A stretch of DNA of 64,000 bases, taken from the NCBI GenBank assembly GCA_040954595.2, contig CM082593.2:8406043-8470042 (forward strand). The letters are read 5' to 3'. Under the pieces are notes generated by a model that worked only from the letters and a program-made list of their open reading frames with translations, was not told where the DNA came from and searched no databases. The DNA is from Balanoglossus misakiensis (lineage: Eukaryota > Animalia > Hemichordata). This document shows positions 50,501 to 59,805 of this stretch, one piece after another; within the stretch, counting starts at the first letter, position 1; the number at the start of each line of letters is the position of its first letter. Made by a program: the position numbers and the translations under genes.

Positions 50501-53261
50501 GTATAAAAGTTGAGATGTACCTATAATGTTTATCTGTGATATCACACTGAACAGCTATAAAGTGAATTCCGTAAGCTGTACAGAGACAGCAAAATGAAGA
50601 TACATCCTTTCTGTGGTTTAACACGCTCAGGGTTATAGATATCATTTTAAACACTTAATACAATTATACTAAAATCAGCACATATTAAAGAACTCGGGTA
50701 TGAGGAAGAACTTTACCACAGATGGCCTATTAAATATCTCCTGGATATGAGAGAGAGACCAATATAAAATTAAAGCTGCAAGCAGCATTGTCCGGGCCCA
50801 AGCTCTATTATCTGATCTGATTATTAAATATGCACATAATTAATGAGTAGAAACATAATGCTGTGTTTTATCCCATGAAATATCAAGGTTATATCTATGT
50901 TTGGTGCTGATATAGTGTTAAGTAGGTCAAAGGTCACCCAGGGGTCACCCACAATTTGGGCAGAATATTTTGACCCATAGTGGTCCATGTCCAACAAAAA
51001 CCAGACCTCTAGCCCTTTTGGTTAGCCCGGAATTAGGTATGCACATAGATAATGAGTTAAGCAGGTGTCACAGGTGACCCAAAACTTTGGCTTTTCATTA
51101 TGGCCCCATATCTCCAAATGCCAAGGCTGTATCTGCTGTGGATGTCGAGATATGCAAAAGTACGTCAAAGGTCACCCGAGGTCACCCAACATTTGGGCAA
51201 AATATTTTGACCCCATACTGATCCATGTTAAAAAAAAAAAAAACCTCTAGGTCTATTGGTTCATCATTAATTAGGTATGTGCATATTTAATGAGGTAAGC
51301 AGAGGTCAAAGGGGTCATGAAAAGTAACAAAATTTTTTGATCACATACAAATCCACATACATAAAAAACCAAACTTATAGCCCTATTGGTTAGCCTGGAA
51401 TTAGATTGGTCCAAGCATTCTCCACGCAGAGACTTGGAGTGGATAATTCTAGCCTAGCTAGGGGGTCTGACCAATAGCCACTATAGTCTCTGCCACAAGC
51501 AAATTGAAATATTCCAAACCGGACCTTCTTTCAGTCCTGCGCGAGCCCAGTTGGTTCAAATTTACAATATAGTCGCCACCATCTTCGCATATACACTTCA
51601 GACACTGTAGTTGCTTTGGTTTTAATGTCAATTTATAGTCATAAGCTGCAATAACTTTCGCGATTGCGTCTGAAAAAACTATAGCAACGGGGGCAGCCAT
51701 CTTGAATCGTCAATTCACATTTATGTAACCTAGGGCAGGATCTATGTTTTGCAAGTGTTCACGTATATATCACGGATTCGAGGATCGACTTTGAAACTGG
51801 TTCATTTTTTAGTTCTCTTATTTTTTTGGGTACAAAATATTAAACTTAAAAAAGACAGGAAATGATATTATAGAAAACGCGCAACACCCAAAAAGTGGTT
51901 GTAAAATGTCGCCTGTGGCAGAGACTAAATAGCGGCTATTGGTCGGACTCCCTAGCAAGGTTAGTCTCTGGGTGGTGAATGTGGTCCAAGATTATGGCGG
52001 CCATATTGGATTTTCGAAAAACCCTAGTAAAATTTCAAAAATCTTCTTCTCGAGAACCGGCGATAACCGAGTCGCAAGATTTGGTGTGTGTGGTCATTAA
52101 ACAGATGTCTATCAAGTTTGCGAAGAGGAATGTGATTGGTCGAAGATTATGGCGGCCATATTGGATTTTGTGAAAAACGATTAAAAAGTAAAAATTCCCT
52201 TTCTAGCCTAAAAATTGATAGCAAGGAAATTCTTTTTATGGATATGAATCATGATATGACAAGAATAAACTATAAATATTTTGGTAATTTTGACAATGAC
52301 CTTTGACCTACTTTTGACGCATCATTTTTCTGCATATCTAATTCCAGGCTAACCAATAGGGCTATATGTTTGGTTTTTGATGTATGTGGATTTGTATGTG
52401 ATCAAAAAATTTTGCTACTTTTCTTTGACCTCTGCTGACCTCATTAAATATGCACATACCTAATTACAGATGAACCAATAGACCTTGAGGTTTTGTTTTT
52501 GTTATACATGGACCACTATGGGTCAAAATTTTCTGCCCAAATTTTGGGTGACCTCTGGGTGACCTTTGACCTTCTTAGCACTATATCAACACCAAACATG
52601 GATATTTCATGGGGTAAAACACAGCATTATGTTTCTACTCATTAATTATGTGCATATCTAATAATCAGATCAGATAATAGAGCTTGGGCCCGGACAATGC
52701 TGCTGGCAGCTTTAATTTAATCTTGTATCTTGAGCTTACAAATCTTTTATTTCGGTAGCAAATTGCCCACTTCAAAAGTCTGGAGAGCATTCTTGGAAGA
52801 GTATATTTCATTTTTCAAAGCATGGATGACCGGACTCGACTCGCCAATCTAAACAAACCCAAATTATTTAAAATACATTTTTTTAGGATTGCCATGTGCT
52901 GATTTCAAATTGATGTGTACAAAAGTAACCTACCTGAACACTCTTCACCATGCTGAGGACTGAAACCTTGTGGGGATTGCACATTTCCTCTCAGCTTTGC
53001 CTCAACCTCTTTAACTTCATTGACCAGGGGTTCTTGTCCAATATTTCTCATAAGCTTTTTAAGAATACCCATGTTGTCCTTCGATATAAAACCTCTCTCC
53101 TCTAACGCCATGAAAATGCCAGCCGGGTCTTTTGCTTTCTTAAGTTCTTGGGCTTGAAGCTGATTGCCACGCAATAAGATTCTCAAAAGATTCTCATCAT
53201 CAGCTGATAGTTTTGAATTCAGTCTTATGTAAAGAGCTCGTAAGGGATTAATTGTTGTCAT
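38396..53261 (-). CDS. Spliced gene, 11 coding exons, ~1050 aa: DED - Roc GTPase - COR - DED - linker - C-terminal TM helix (ROCO family)
   Basis: Exons 53261-52934, 49628-49576, 48853-48640, 48165-47879, 45762-45660, 44449-44304, 43480-42208, 41748-41679, 39523-39195, 38967-38818, 38595-38396 join at GT-AG sites in phase with no stop (3153 nt). Roc motifs GAFGAGKTS, TDGADI, WDYAGQQVYYITHQVFL, PPVIILGTKKD; COR motifs VPAKW, FYHDVGEILHF, VILNVGWL, FLPEGLFYRLVV. Confidence 0.85.
38818..38967 (-). CDS. ROCO coding exon 10: 150-nt symmetric linker exon
   Basis: gcttctcatccag acceptor, cag|gttagt donor, phase 1-1; VPAGTQTHGSSHGLQDVKPQEFSGGSCELERRKKAENVQTKECVDQPEPP. Confidence 0.75.
39195..39523 (-). 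CDS. ROCO coding exon 9: second death effector domain (DED)
   Basis: MDKVNPLRTLYKNLGDALWSDDVNSIKFLL...AEEIFLTLEDGGYIAENNLQLLKDILHKIQHNQLVHLVENYE fits the DED pattern; acceptor cctctcaccag is in phase 2, matching exon 8. Confidence 0.88.
39581..40698. mobile_element. PIF/Harbinger-type non-autonomous element (GGGACC family)
   Basis: TAA|GGGACCGTTCAGTTTTTACG ... CGTAAAAACTGAACGGTCCC|TAA; 3-bp TAA TSD. Confidence 0.9.
40945..41610 (+). mobile_element. Crypton-like non-autonomous element with long terminal hairpin
   Basis: ~85-bp-arm hairpin 41422-41605 around ctcgcctgcggctcgg; short IR attttattacacc/ggcgtaataaaat; peptide remnant MASKRHIGLTPVQLDDILPQTDSKYNKIATNSAVF resembles a Crypton tyrosine-recombinase N-terminus. 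Family assignment is inference. Confidence 0.6.
41679..41748 (-). CDS. ROCO coding exon 8: 70-nt linker
   Basis: tttatatttcag acceptor, ag|gtaaat donor; DQDDDTAVQVTTGGSIKVPEAEKR; phase 1 to 2 bridges COR and DED2. Confidence 0.75.
42208..43480 (-). CDS. ROCO coding exon 7: end of Roc plus COR domain
   Basis: 1273-nt exon covering the 434-aa ORF; ttttttcctgtttcag acceptor, cag|gtaagt donor; COR motifs and a Cys/His-rich tail (CVKCKCSRH). Confidence 0.93.
43743..44284. mobile_element. PIF/Harbinger-type element(s), GGGACC family: two left ends (43743, 44064) and one right end
   Basis: TAA|GGGACCGTTCAGTTTTTACGGCC occurs twice; GCCGTAAAAACTGAACGGTCCC|TAA ends at 44284; 43770-44060 is an inverted copy of the interior of 39581-40698. 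Confidence 0.85.
44304..44449 (-). CDS. ROCO coding exon 6 (Roc G4)
   Basis: EFLEFWMNSIHTHA...PPVIILGTKKDLLQ; AG/GT sites, phase 1 to 0. Confidence 0.9.
44806..45503. mobile_element. Probable Harbinger-type non-autonomous element (third family)
   Basis: taa|AGGGCGTTCTCACT ... AGTGAGAACAAGACT, with subterminal acaccggtg repeats at both ends. Confidence 0.55.
45660..45762 (-). CDS. ROCO coding exon 5 (Roc)
   Basis: VFLASRVIYILVTDLTKSLDDIMATEIDDGWTVK; continues the THQ|VFL motif; phase 0 to 1. Confidence 0.9.
46309..47100. mobile_element. PIF/Harbinger-type MITE (GGCTGC family)
   Basis: TAA|GGCTGCATTCACAAACACCTCTGGAGGGGGG ... CCCCTCCAGAGGTGTTTGTGAATGCAGCC|TAA. Confidence 0.92.
47879..48165 (-). 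CDS. ROCO coding exon 4 (Roc insert and G3)
   Basis: EHGTKYQGEK...DMYFSLWDYAGQQVYYITHQ; open frame, phase 1 to 0. Confidence 0.92.
48640..48853 (-). CDS. ROCO coding exon 3 (Roc P-loop G1 and switch I)
   Basis: RREFLGNLQEAAENPNTQKEIYRGRVMLVGAFGAGKTSTKRSLFNEPYEEKHQNTDGADIYNIDITEWILK; phase 0 to 1. Confidence 0.92.
49004..49424. mobile_element. TTAA-flanked MITE (Kolobok-like)
   Basis: ttaa|GGATGTACGTTCAG ... CTGCGCATACATCC|ttaa, interrupting a degenerate duplicate of the exon-2 unit. Confidence 0.75.
49576..49628 (-). CDS. ROCO coding exon 2: 53-nt linker
   Basis: cattag|AT...CCT|gtaaat; DITKKSESENSGKLPPMP; the only candidate I found that converts phase 1 (DED1) to phase 0 (Roc exon). Confidence 0.65.
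49859..50311. mobile_element. Crypton-like non-autonomous element (hairpin plus short IR)
   Basis: Hairpin 49859-49987 around cccgacgcgcagcggagggcg, then IR attattatacatct ... agatgtataataat; absent at the equivalent site of the duplicate near 33945. Confidence 0.65.
50774..52711. mobile_element. Long-TIR TTAA-flanked element (Kolobok-like) in ROCO intron 1
   Basis: ttaa|AGCTGCAAGCAGCATTGTCCGGGCCCAAGCTCTATTATCTGATCTG ... CAGATCAGATAATAGAGCTTGGGCCCGGACAATGCTGCTGGCAGCT|ttaa; arms pair for several hundred bp. Confidence 0.9.
51416..51981 (-). mobile_element. Nested non-autonomous AcademH-type element with RecQ-like helicase N-terminal fragment
   Basis: 9-bp TSD TGGTCCAAG (51407-51415 and 51982-51990); CA...TG termini with ~70-bp imperfect TIRs; ORF 51458-51700 includes LTLKPKQLQCLKCICEDGGDYIVNL, resembling the RecQ motif-0 region, cut just before Walker A. 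Confidence 0.75.
52934..53261 (-). CDS. ROCO coding exon 1: N-terminal death effector domain (DED)
   Basis: MTTINPLRALYIRLNSKLSADDENLLRILL...AGIFMALEERGFISKDNMGILKKLMRNIGQEPLVNEVKEVE; cag|gtaggt donor, phase 1. Confidence 0.88.
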
Positions 53262-54259
53262 AATGGATGTGGAACTTTCTGTCACCTCAAACCATCAGGA
53301 CAAGAAGACTTGAGGTGCGGTCCATCCGCACTGCAGTCGTTAAATAAACTGCGTCACACAAACAACCACCTTTGGACGCTGTGCGGTACCTGGTGATGAT
53401 ATCACCTGAGTGACCTTACTCGATCTTTGGACAGAGTTATCTGCGCAGATATTTTCAAAAATCATACAAGAAGTCTCAACAGATATTCCCACGCACACTG
53501 TACCACAGTGCATTTTCCTATTAACATGTGATTAACATATGATATCATGGTCTATTTATAAACACATACCTTTCTGGTATCAATTTGCTTGCAAGTTCTT
53601 AATTCTAGGCAACGTCACTCCAAATTCAAGATTCAGACAATACTGAGCTACCTATACTATAGCAGGGTTGGCGCTAGACTTGAAACCCCCACAGTATAAG
53701 TAGAATCGCCTCATATCATGACCTGATGATGACCCCATACTGCTAACGTCGTGCAAGCATGGCGAGTTGCGTGCAATCATTACAATCTTGCGTGAAAACG
53801 TAAATAATCTGCGCTAATGCGAACCCAGTATAGGATAGTATGTACTGTCAGTTACCTACATTCAATTAGAGCCCTGTATCCAAGAAAAATTTTAAAGACA
53901 CTTCACTGCTACTGTATAATGCCTAAACACGAAGGGCATTCAGGTATTGACATTTTTGATAGATTTAGTGTTTAAAAAAAAGTTTAAGTATGTTTTACAC
54001 TCTATGTTCGCTTAATGTGTACCTTTTAATCCTTATCCTTTTTTGTACAGTTTTGTTTTGTAATTTGTATTTTTATGTATTTGTACACTCAATGTTTTGC
54101 GGAGACTTTTTGGGGGATTATATTCCTGTTGGTTACGGTAAAATCACGAACATTAATTAATAGATGAGTAGCAATCACAAACATTATTTAATTGATTCAG
54201 TCTGCAGATTGTTGCTGATCTCAAAAGTTGGCAACACAGTCATCAATCTCTACACTCAC

Positions 54260-54430
54260 CTCAGAACAAACTACAATCCTTCCCCAGAAAAACATACAAA
54301 ACGAGACAGCAATGGGACTGAATAAATTGTTCAGGGTGGCTAGTTTATAGATTTTCTAAATGTGAAGGGGACCCAGGAAAGTGGTCTAATAAGCACAGAT
54401 TTTCAGGATTTCATTTTTACGTTTCACTAA
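54260..54430 (-). promoter_or_regulatory. Candidate core promoter and non-coding first exon of the ROCO gene
   Basis: TATAAA at 54349-54344 with its first T exactly 30 nt upstream of the A of an Inr-like TCAGT (54319); 60 nt later a consensus donor GAG|GTGAGT (54260). Another UTR-exon donor AAG|GTATGT near 53570. Confidence 0.55.
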
Positions 54431-54449
54431 TCAACATGCTTTACATATA

Positions 54450-55256
54450 CCGTACTTGCCCGGGTAAGAACCCTGCTTTGAAGATCGAGGCCATATCCGG
54501 TCTAAAGCCCCCCCCCCCCCCCCCCCCCCCAAATGTATGATGATTTACTTTCGCGCTGATTATCGTACCCACCGCGGCCGACTGGCCACGCTGAGTTTTA
54601 TCATGGTACCTCCATGGTTATATATAGCCGCTCTAGAAAACATGACCTCAGACAGGTCCCTCGGGACCGTGCCTCGAATTCAACGATCACGTAGATGGAC
54701 GCGCTGCCGCGTATAAGGTCACCGGGGAGCTTTCCAAAGCGGCCGCGTGGAGCTGCTTCAGTCCGTCCTCGACGCGAAACACCCAAAATTGGAAGATCCC
54801 GACTTGGACTCGGAGAATGATCCACTCAAAAATTCCGGTAGAGAAAGGCATGATTGCCACGATTAAGATAGATGTATTTACGTGCGTCCGTCCGTCGACG
54901 TCTAAGTATTAAATGCATGTGTGGGATCGACCATTTACCAATGTCCCGGTTAAACGGGATGTTTTGTCTGCGCCCATGGTGTCCCGATTAAACGGCGGCG
55001 ACTGTAATATGTTTTCTGTATTTCATTTATGGGTAAAAAACTTTTTATTATTTAATAAATACATTGTTTGACCGTGAAATGTTTGGCCATGTTTAATATT
55101 TGCATCATTATTCACCCCTTCCTCGTGTCCATAGGCCCTCATTTGCATAAATGTCGAGGTTGCGTCCGGGCTAAAGCCCCCCCCCCCCCCCCCCCCCCCT
55201 GTTTTTTCGCTAATCTATGGGCCCAGCACCCGGGGCTCTTACCCGGGCAAGTACGG
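54450..55256. mobile_element. Tc1/mariner (Tc2-like CCGT termini) MITE
   Basis: ta|CCGTACTTGCCCGGGTAAGAACCC ... GGGCTCTTACCCGGGCAAGTACGG|ta; TA TSD. Confidence 0.88.
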
Positions 55257-55398
55257 TATATTACAGCTGATTTGATTGGTCAAAGCTTCGTACCTGTTGG
55301 CTGAAGGTTGGCTTTTCATTTCACTGAACATACTCCCTCAGATTACTGGAACCACGTCTGCCCACAATTTAAAGTCCTATTTTCTAAGTGAGATATTT

Positions 55399-56491
55399 CT
55401 GTAATGGAAATGGAGAAAGTACCTTATATTTTCTGTAAAATAGACATTTAATTGGCAAGCCGTCCTGCATCAATTATTAATTCTGTACATGCACTGAAGC
55501 GCCCTGACAGCTGGGTGTGTTGCATGGTCTTTAACCTTGTTTCAAATCAGAAACTTTCTGCAATTTCAAGACAGATCTTACGCGCCATTGGAGAGCTCCA
55601 TTGCCTGGTCAATCATACTGTTTTCATTCATTCATTGCGGCATCAATATATTTTATCTATTCTAGCCGAAGAGCTTGGCACCTGTTGAAATGAACTCATC
55701 TGCTGTGGGCCAGTTTATTGGTGGCAGCTGACCAGAGGAGAGCACCTTCTTTCCCGGCAAGCCACCAAGTAAAGTTCCACGCTGCCCACCACAGATGCCA
55801 GCATTCATTCATGCGAGTGAGTGTAATTGCAATTTTGCCTATTCTAGATCTGTAATGGAAATGGAGAAAGTACCTTATATTTTCTGTAAAATAGACATTT
55901 AATTGGCAAGCCGTCCTGCATCAATTATTAATTCTGTACATGCACTGAAGCGCCCTCACAGCTGGGTGTGTTGCATGGTCTTTAACCTTGTTTCAAATCA
56001 GAGTAATTTTTTTGTACTTTCTGCAATTTCAAGACAGATCTTACGTGCCATTGGAGAGCTCCATTGCCTGGTCAATCATACTGTTTTCATTCATTCATTG
56101 CGGCATCAATATATTTTATCTATTCTAGCCGAAGAGCTTGGCACCTGTTGAAATGAACTCATCTGCTGTGGGCCAGTTTATTGGTGGCAGCTGACCAGAG
56201 GAGAGCACCTTCTTTCCCGGCAAGCCACCAAGTAAAGTTCCACGCTGCCCACCACAGATGCCAGCATTCATTCATGCGAGTGAGTGTAATTGCAATTTTG
56301 CCTATTCTAGATCTGTAATGGAAATGGAGAAAGTACCTTACATTTTCTGTAAAATAGACATTTAATTGGCAAGCCGTCCTGCATCAATTATTAATTCTGT
56401 ACATGCACTGAAGCGCCCTGACAGCTGGGTGTGTTGCATGGTCTTTAACCTTGTTTCAAATCAGAGTACTTTCTGCAATTTCAAGACAGAT
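55399..56491. repeat. Recent tandem duplication, ~451-463 bp unit, about 2.4 copies
   Basis: ctgtaatggaaatggagaaagtacc recurs at 55399, 55850 and 56313; units nearly identical. Confidence 0.93.
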
Positions 56492-56512
56492 TTACTAGTA
56501 TTTTGATAACAT

Positions 56513-57479
56513 GTACTGGATGGCCACACAAGTTATGTAAATGATGTCGTATTTGAGCCAATCCAGGGACAGGAAATTGCCAGTGTTAGTGACGACCGTA
56601 CCTGTCGCGCCTGGGACTTGGATAGACTCCAGATGGCGTGCTTCCCGCTCTACTCACCAGGGATGTCTGTCTGTTGGGGCTAGTTATACTTTGCGAAACA
56701 ACGAAACAGCGAAACGAAACAGCGAAACGACGAAACCATTATTAAAATAGGGGCCAGTCATCAAGACGGAGGCGTATTATTATTTTAAAAGTTTCCAAAT
56801 AAGTTCCTGGTCTGCGGCCTGGTACTAGTGGTTGCGCGCCAAAAAAGAATCCCGCCCCAAAAGGTCAATGTACGAGTATATTCACAGGGCTAAGGATTAG
56901 TTGAAACAAAGCAGTAGTGTCCGTAAGCTTTCGAGGGTCAAACACTGATGGGGGGTAAGAGTAGTAGTTATATATAGAAACACATGTAACTCACACAACA
57001 CAGTATCATTGTCGAAATTTCTTTATTATCTTAATTGCAATTCATGCCTCCCCGCCTTGTGGTATTTAAGGAAATAGTGTCAGTTGCTGCCGCATTTTGA
57101 GGTTTCGATCTTTTGTGGTTTCGTTGTGCGCGCGCGTATATTCACTGTGTACATGTATATGTAGCAGTTTGGCATGAATCGTTTGCGCGCACACGACGTC
57201 GACTCTACCACTACATAGTACCAGGCCGCAGACCAGGAACTGGCGACCCGCCGTTTGTTTCCAACGCAAAATTCTAATGTTGAATTTCCGAGAAAACAAT
57301 TTATCTGACCTGTAGTTTTCTTGGCTCGCTTACGTTTTAATTTGGAAACTTTAAAAAAAATCATACGCCACCGTCTTGATGACTGGCCCCTATTTTAATA
57401 ATGGTTTCGTCGTTTCGCTGTTTCGTTGTTTCGCAAAGTATAACTAGCCGTCTGTTGGCATCCAGACGAACCAGCCAAG
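56513..57479 (+). pseudogene. NUP37: Orphan NUP37 (WD40 nucleoporin) exon split by a transposon
   Basis: VLDGHTSYVNDVVFEPIQGQEIASVSDDRTCRAWDLDRLQMACFPLYSPGMSVCW [insertion] HPDEPAK|gt matches NUP37 as I recall it (GQEIASVSDDHTCRIW...SPGMSVCWHP); acceptor reads AT instead of AG. Confidence 0.85.
56678..57449. mobile_element. Mutator/MULE-like non-autonomous element
   Basis: 9-bp TSD GTCTGTTGG (56669-56677 and 57450-57458); long TIRs GGCTAGTTATACTTTGCGAAACAACGAAAC...GGGGCCAGTCATCAAGACGG. Confidence 0.9.
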
Positions 57480-58536
57480 GTCGGTGAAGTCACAGTGACC
57501 TGCGAAAAAAACATTGTTATAAAGTTCAGTGCTTATCACGGTACTAGTTGAAGCATAGCTCATAAGTTACAGTAGGTGCAATTATTGTAGCCTTGGTGGG
57601 TTGGTGGGCTGTCAGGGTAAGCCTAATTCAAGATTCACGTTTCAAGTTTCAAGATTCACGTTTCAAGTTTCACGTTCCACAGCCCAAGATTCATATTCTG
57701 ATTCAGATTCGAGTCTTGTCTAATATGTTTATGCTGCCGTAACCAGGGGTGCGTACGATTGTTTATTGTCCTCGATCCCCCAAGCAAGGTTCGATTATCG
57801 CGTGACATCATTGTCGGGTATCTCTTCAAGTTCAGTTTCAACAACATTTTTCAAAGAGAGATGCACCCTATTTATTATTTTCTAACACATGAATTTTGAA
57901 ATAAACAATTCTGTGGTAATTTGGATAAAAGTTTTAGGCTGGTCTGCCATGGGGTTGCAAACGTACCGTTCGATTAATTTTCCCCACTTCCCTGATTGGT
58001 GAGCAAAAGTTTGCCAACAACCCCATTTAATTCCTTCAGCTCCCCTGGAAATATAATGGCTCCCCCCAAAGATGAGGATTGCAAACAAATAGATTGTGTA
58101 ACTATGTAGGGAGTTAACAGGCAGCTGTAGTTAACACACAGGACACAACACATACTGAGAAAATTGCCCTATGGTGGAGATAGTGGAGCTAAATTCACCA
58201 TTGTAAATTTTTGTGATTTATTTTATTTATTGCAAACTTTTAATTATTCAAATTTATCCATGTATGTCATGTATTCCTTTAGATTATTTAAATTTATTGA
58301 TATTCAAGTTTATTCATTTATTCAAATTTATCACAACCAGAATGTAGAATACAATTGCCCCCTCCCCCCAAAAAACCCACGACTTCGGTCTTTCGCCAAC
58401 TCTTTTCTCCGAATATAGCAAAATGTGACACAGTGAATAGCTGGTATATGGATTTAGTGGGACGTCGTCGTTAGTCTGGTCCCCTGCCCCATCCCCGCCG
58501 CTGGCTGCGCTGCTCAAGGGAAGGGTCAGGTATGGG

Positions 58537-58572
58537 CCGCCATTTTGGTCAGGATCCTGACCAAAATGGCGG
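58537..58572. promoter_or_regulatory. Perfect 36-bp palindrome with two YY1-like motifs upstream of the transposase start
   Basis: ccgccattttggtcaggatcctgaccaaaatggcgg is its own reverse complement; a TGACGTCA lies near 58599 and the ATG at 58621. Confidence 0.6.
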
Positions 58573-59623
58573 ACTGCCACATCACTTCAACTGTTCAGTG
58601 ACGTCACATGATACACCAAAATGGCTGCGACCGTGAAAACAACACCAGTAAAGATCAACGCAAGTACATCTGTTGCTTGTGGGAAAGGTGAGCAGCGGTT
58701 AAAGAAAATTTACGGCAACAATCGACTACAAATGTTGATCTTCAAATATGGGGACATAGATGTAACTGAAGGTAACATCTGCTGAAACTGTGAACGACGC
58801 CTGATGACGATAGACAAAATGGTCAATGATTTTAGGCAGAAATGCCAATGTCAATACCGTTCAGCTTTAAGTCAAGTAAAACGATGTGCCAAATCACCGC
58901 TCCAAGAGGAAACCAAAAAGCAATTTCAGGGAAATTCTATTCGCAGCCCCTCTTTCCCCGTTAAATTGTTGGGTGATGTAGACTCTTACAGCAGGCGGCA
59001 TATAGAAATCCGCCCATTGGAACCAATCATACAGCTACAGGGCAGCACTGTGACATCCACAAATGCAGCGGTTTCAGGAAACCATTCAAGTCCGTCCAGG
59101 AGTACAAATGAACATACATACTGCAAAGATATTTCACAGGCTGTTTCTACAAATACAGCTAAGAAGTCATCTTCAACTACAAGCCTAACGGAATATGATG
59201 GTGTTTTACTGAAGCTGAAAGATTTGATTTTAAGTATATAAAGATACGTGTCAGTACCTCACCAATAACAATGTTAAAACATTAACATCTGCCATTTCTA
59301 CAAGGTCACCTGAAGCTATGGCAAAAACAGCCATGGACATTCCTGCTGTTGCAGACAATGTACTGAAATACCTGTGTGTGAAAATCAACAACATGGCTTC
59401 CAACATGGGAAACAGGAAGCATGGGATAAGCTATATCTCATGAATAAGGACTATGACAGCCTGAAGTCTATGTCCTGGAATGAGGCTTTAGGTGAAGCAC
59501 TCGATAAATTCCCAGAGTTTGTTCGGCTATTAGTCTCATTCATGGTTCCCCCCGAGAACAAAAACCTACTTGAGAAATTACGTGTCAAGATACCACGAAT
59601 TGGGATGATATATGCCATGATTA

Positions 59624-59805
59624 CCGTTAAAGTCATTTTATAAGACGCACCTTTTTTGAGTGACAGTGTGTGCCGAAAAGGGGGTGCGACTTATAATACC
59701 AATGTTCTGTTGTATTCATTTCCTTAAAATCTCCTCCCAAACAAGTCTTTCAAAGAAGGGGTGCGACTTATAATACCGCTGCGACTTATAAAATGACTTT
59801 AACGG
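59624..59805. mobile_element. Tc1/mariner (Tc2-like) MITE inserted in transposase exon 1
   Basis: ta|CCGTTAAAGTCATTTTATAAG ... CTTATAAAATGACTTTAACGG|ta; removal restores IYAMIMQGRLPELSRVQR. Confidence 0.92.

Noticed and set aside
50346-50654. Possible extra exon in intron 1 (AYGIHFIAVQCDITDKHYR)
   Set aside because: It would end in phase 2, incompatible with the next exons, and its donor is not conserved in the duplicate near 34190.
55452-56151. Twin ORFs MASRPASIINSV...
   Set aside because: Products of a recent tandem duplication, non-ATG start, no recognisable family.
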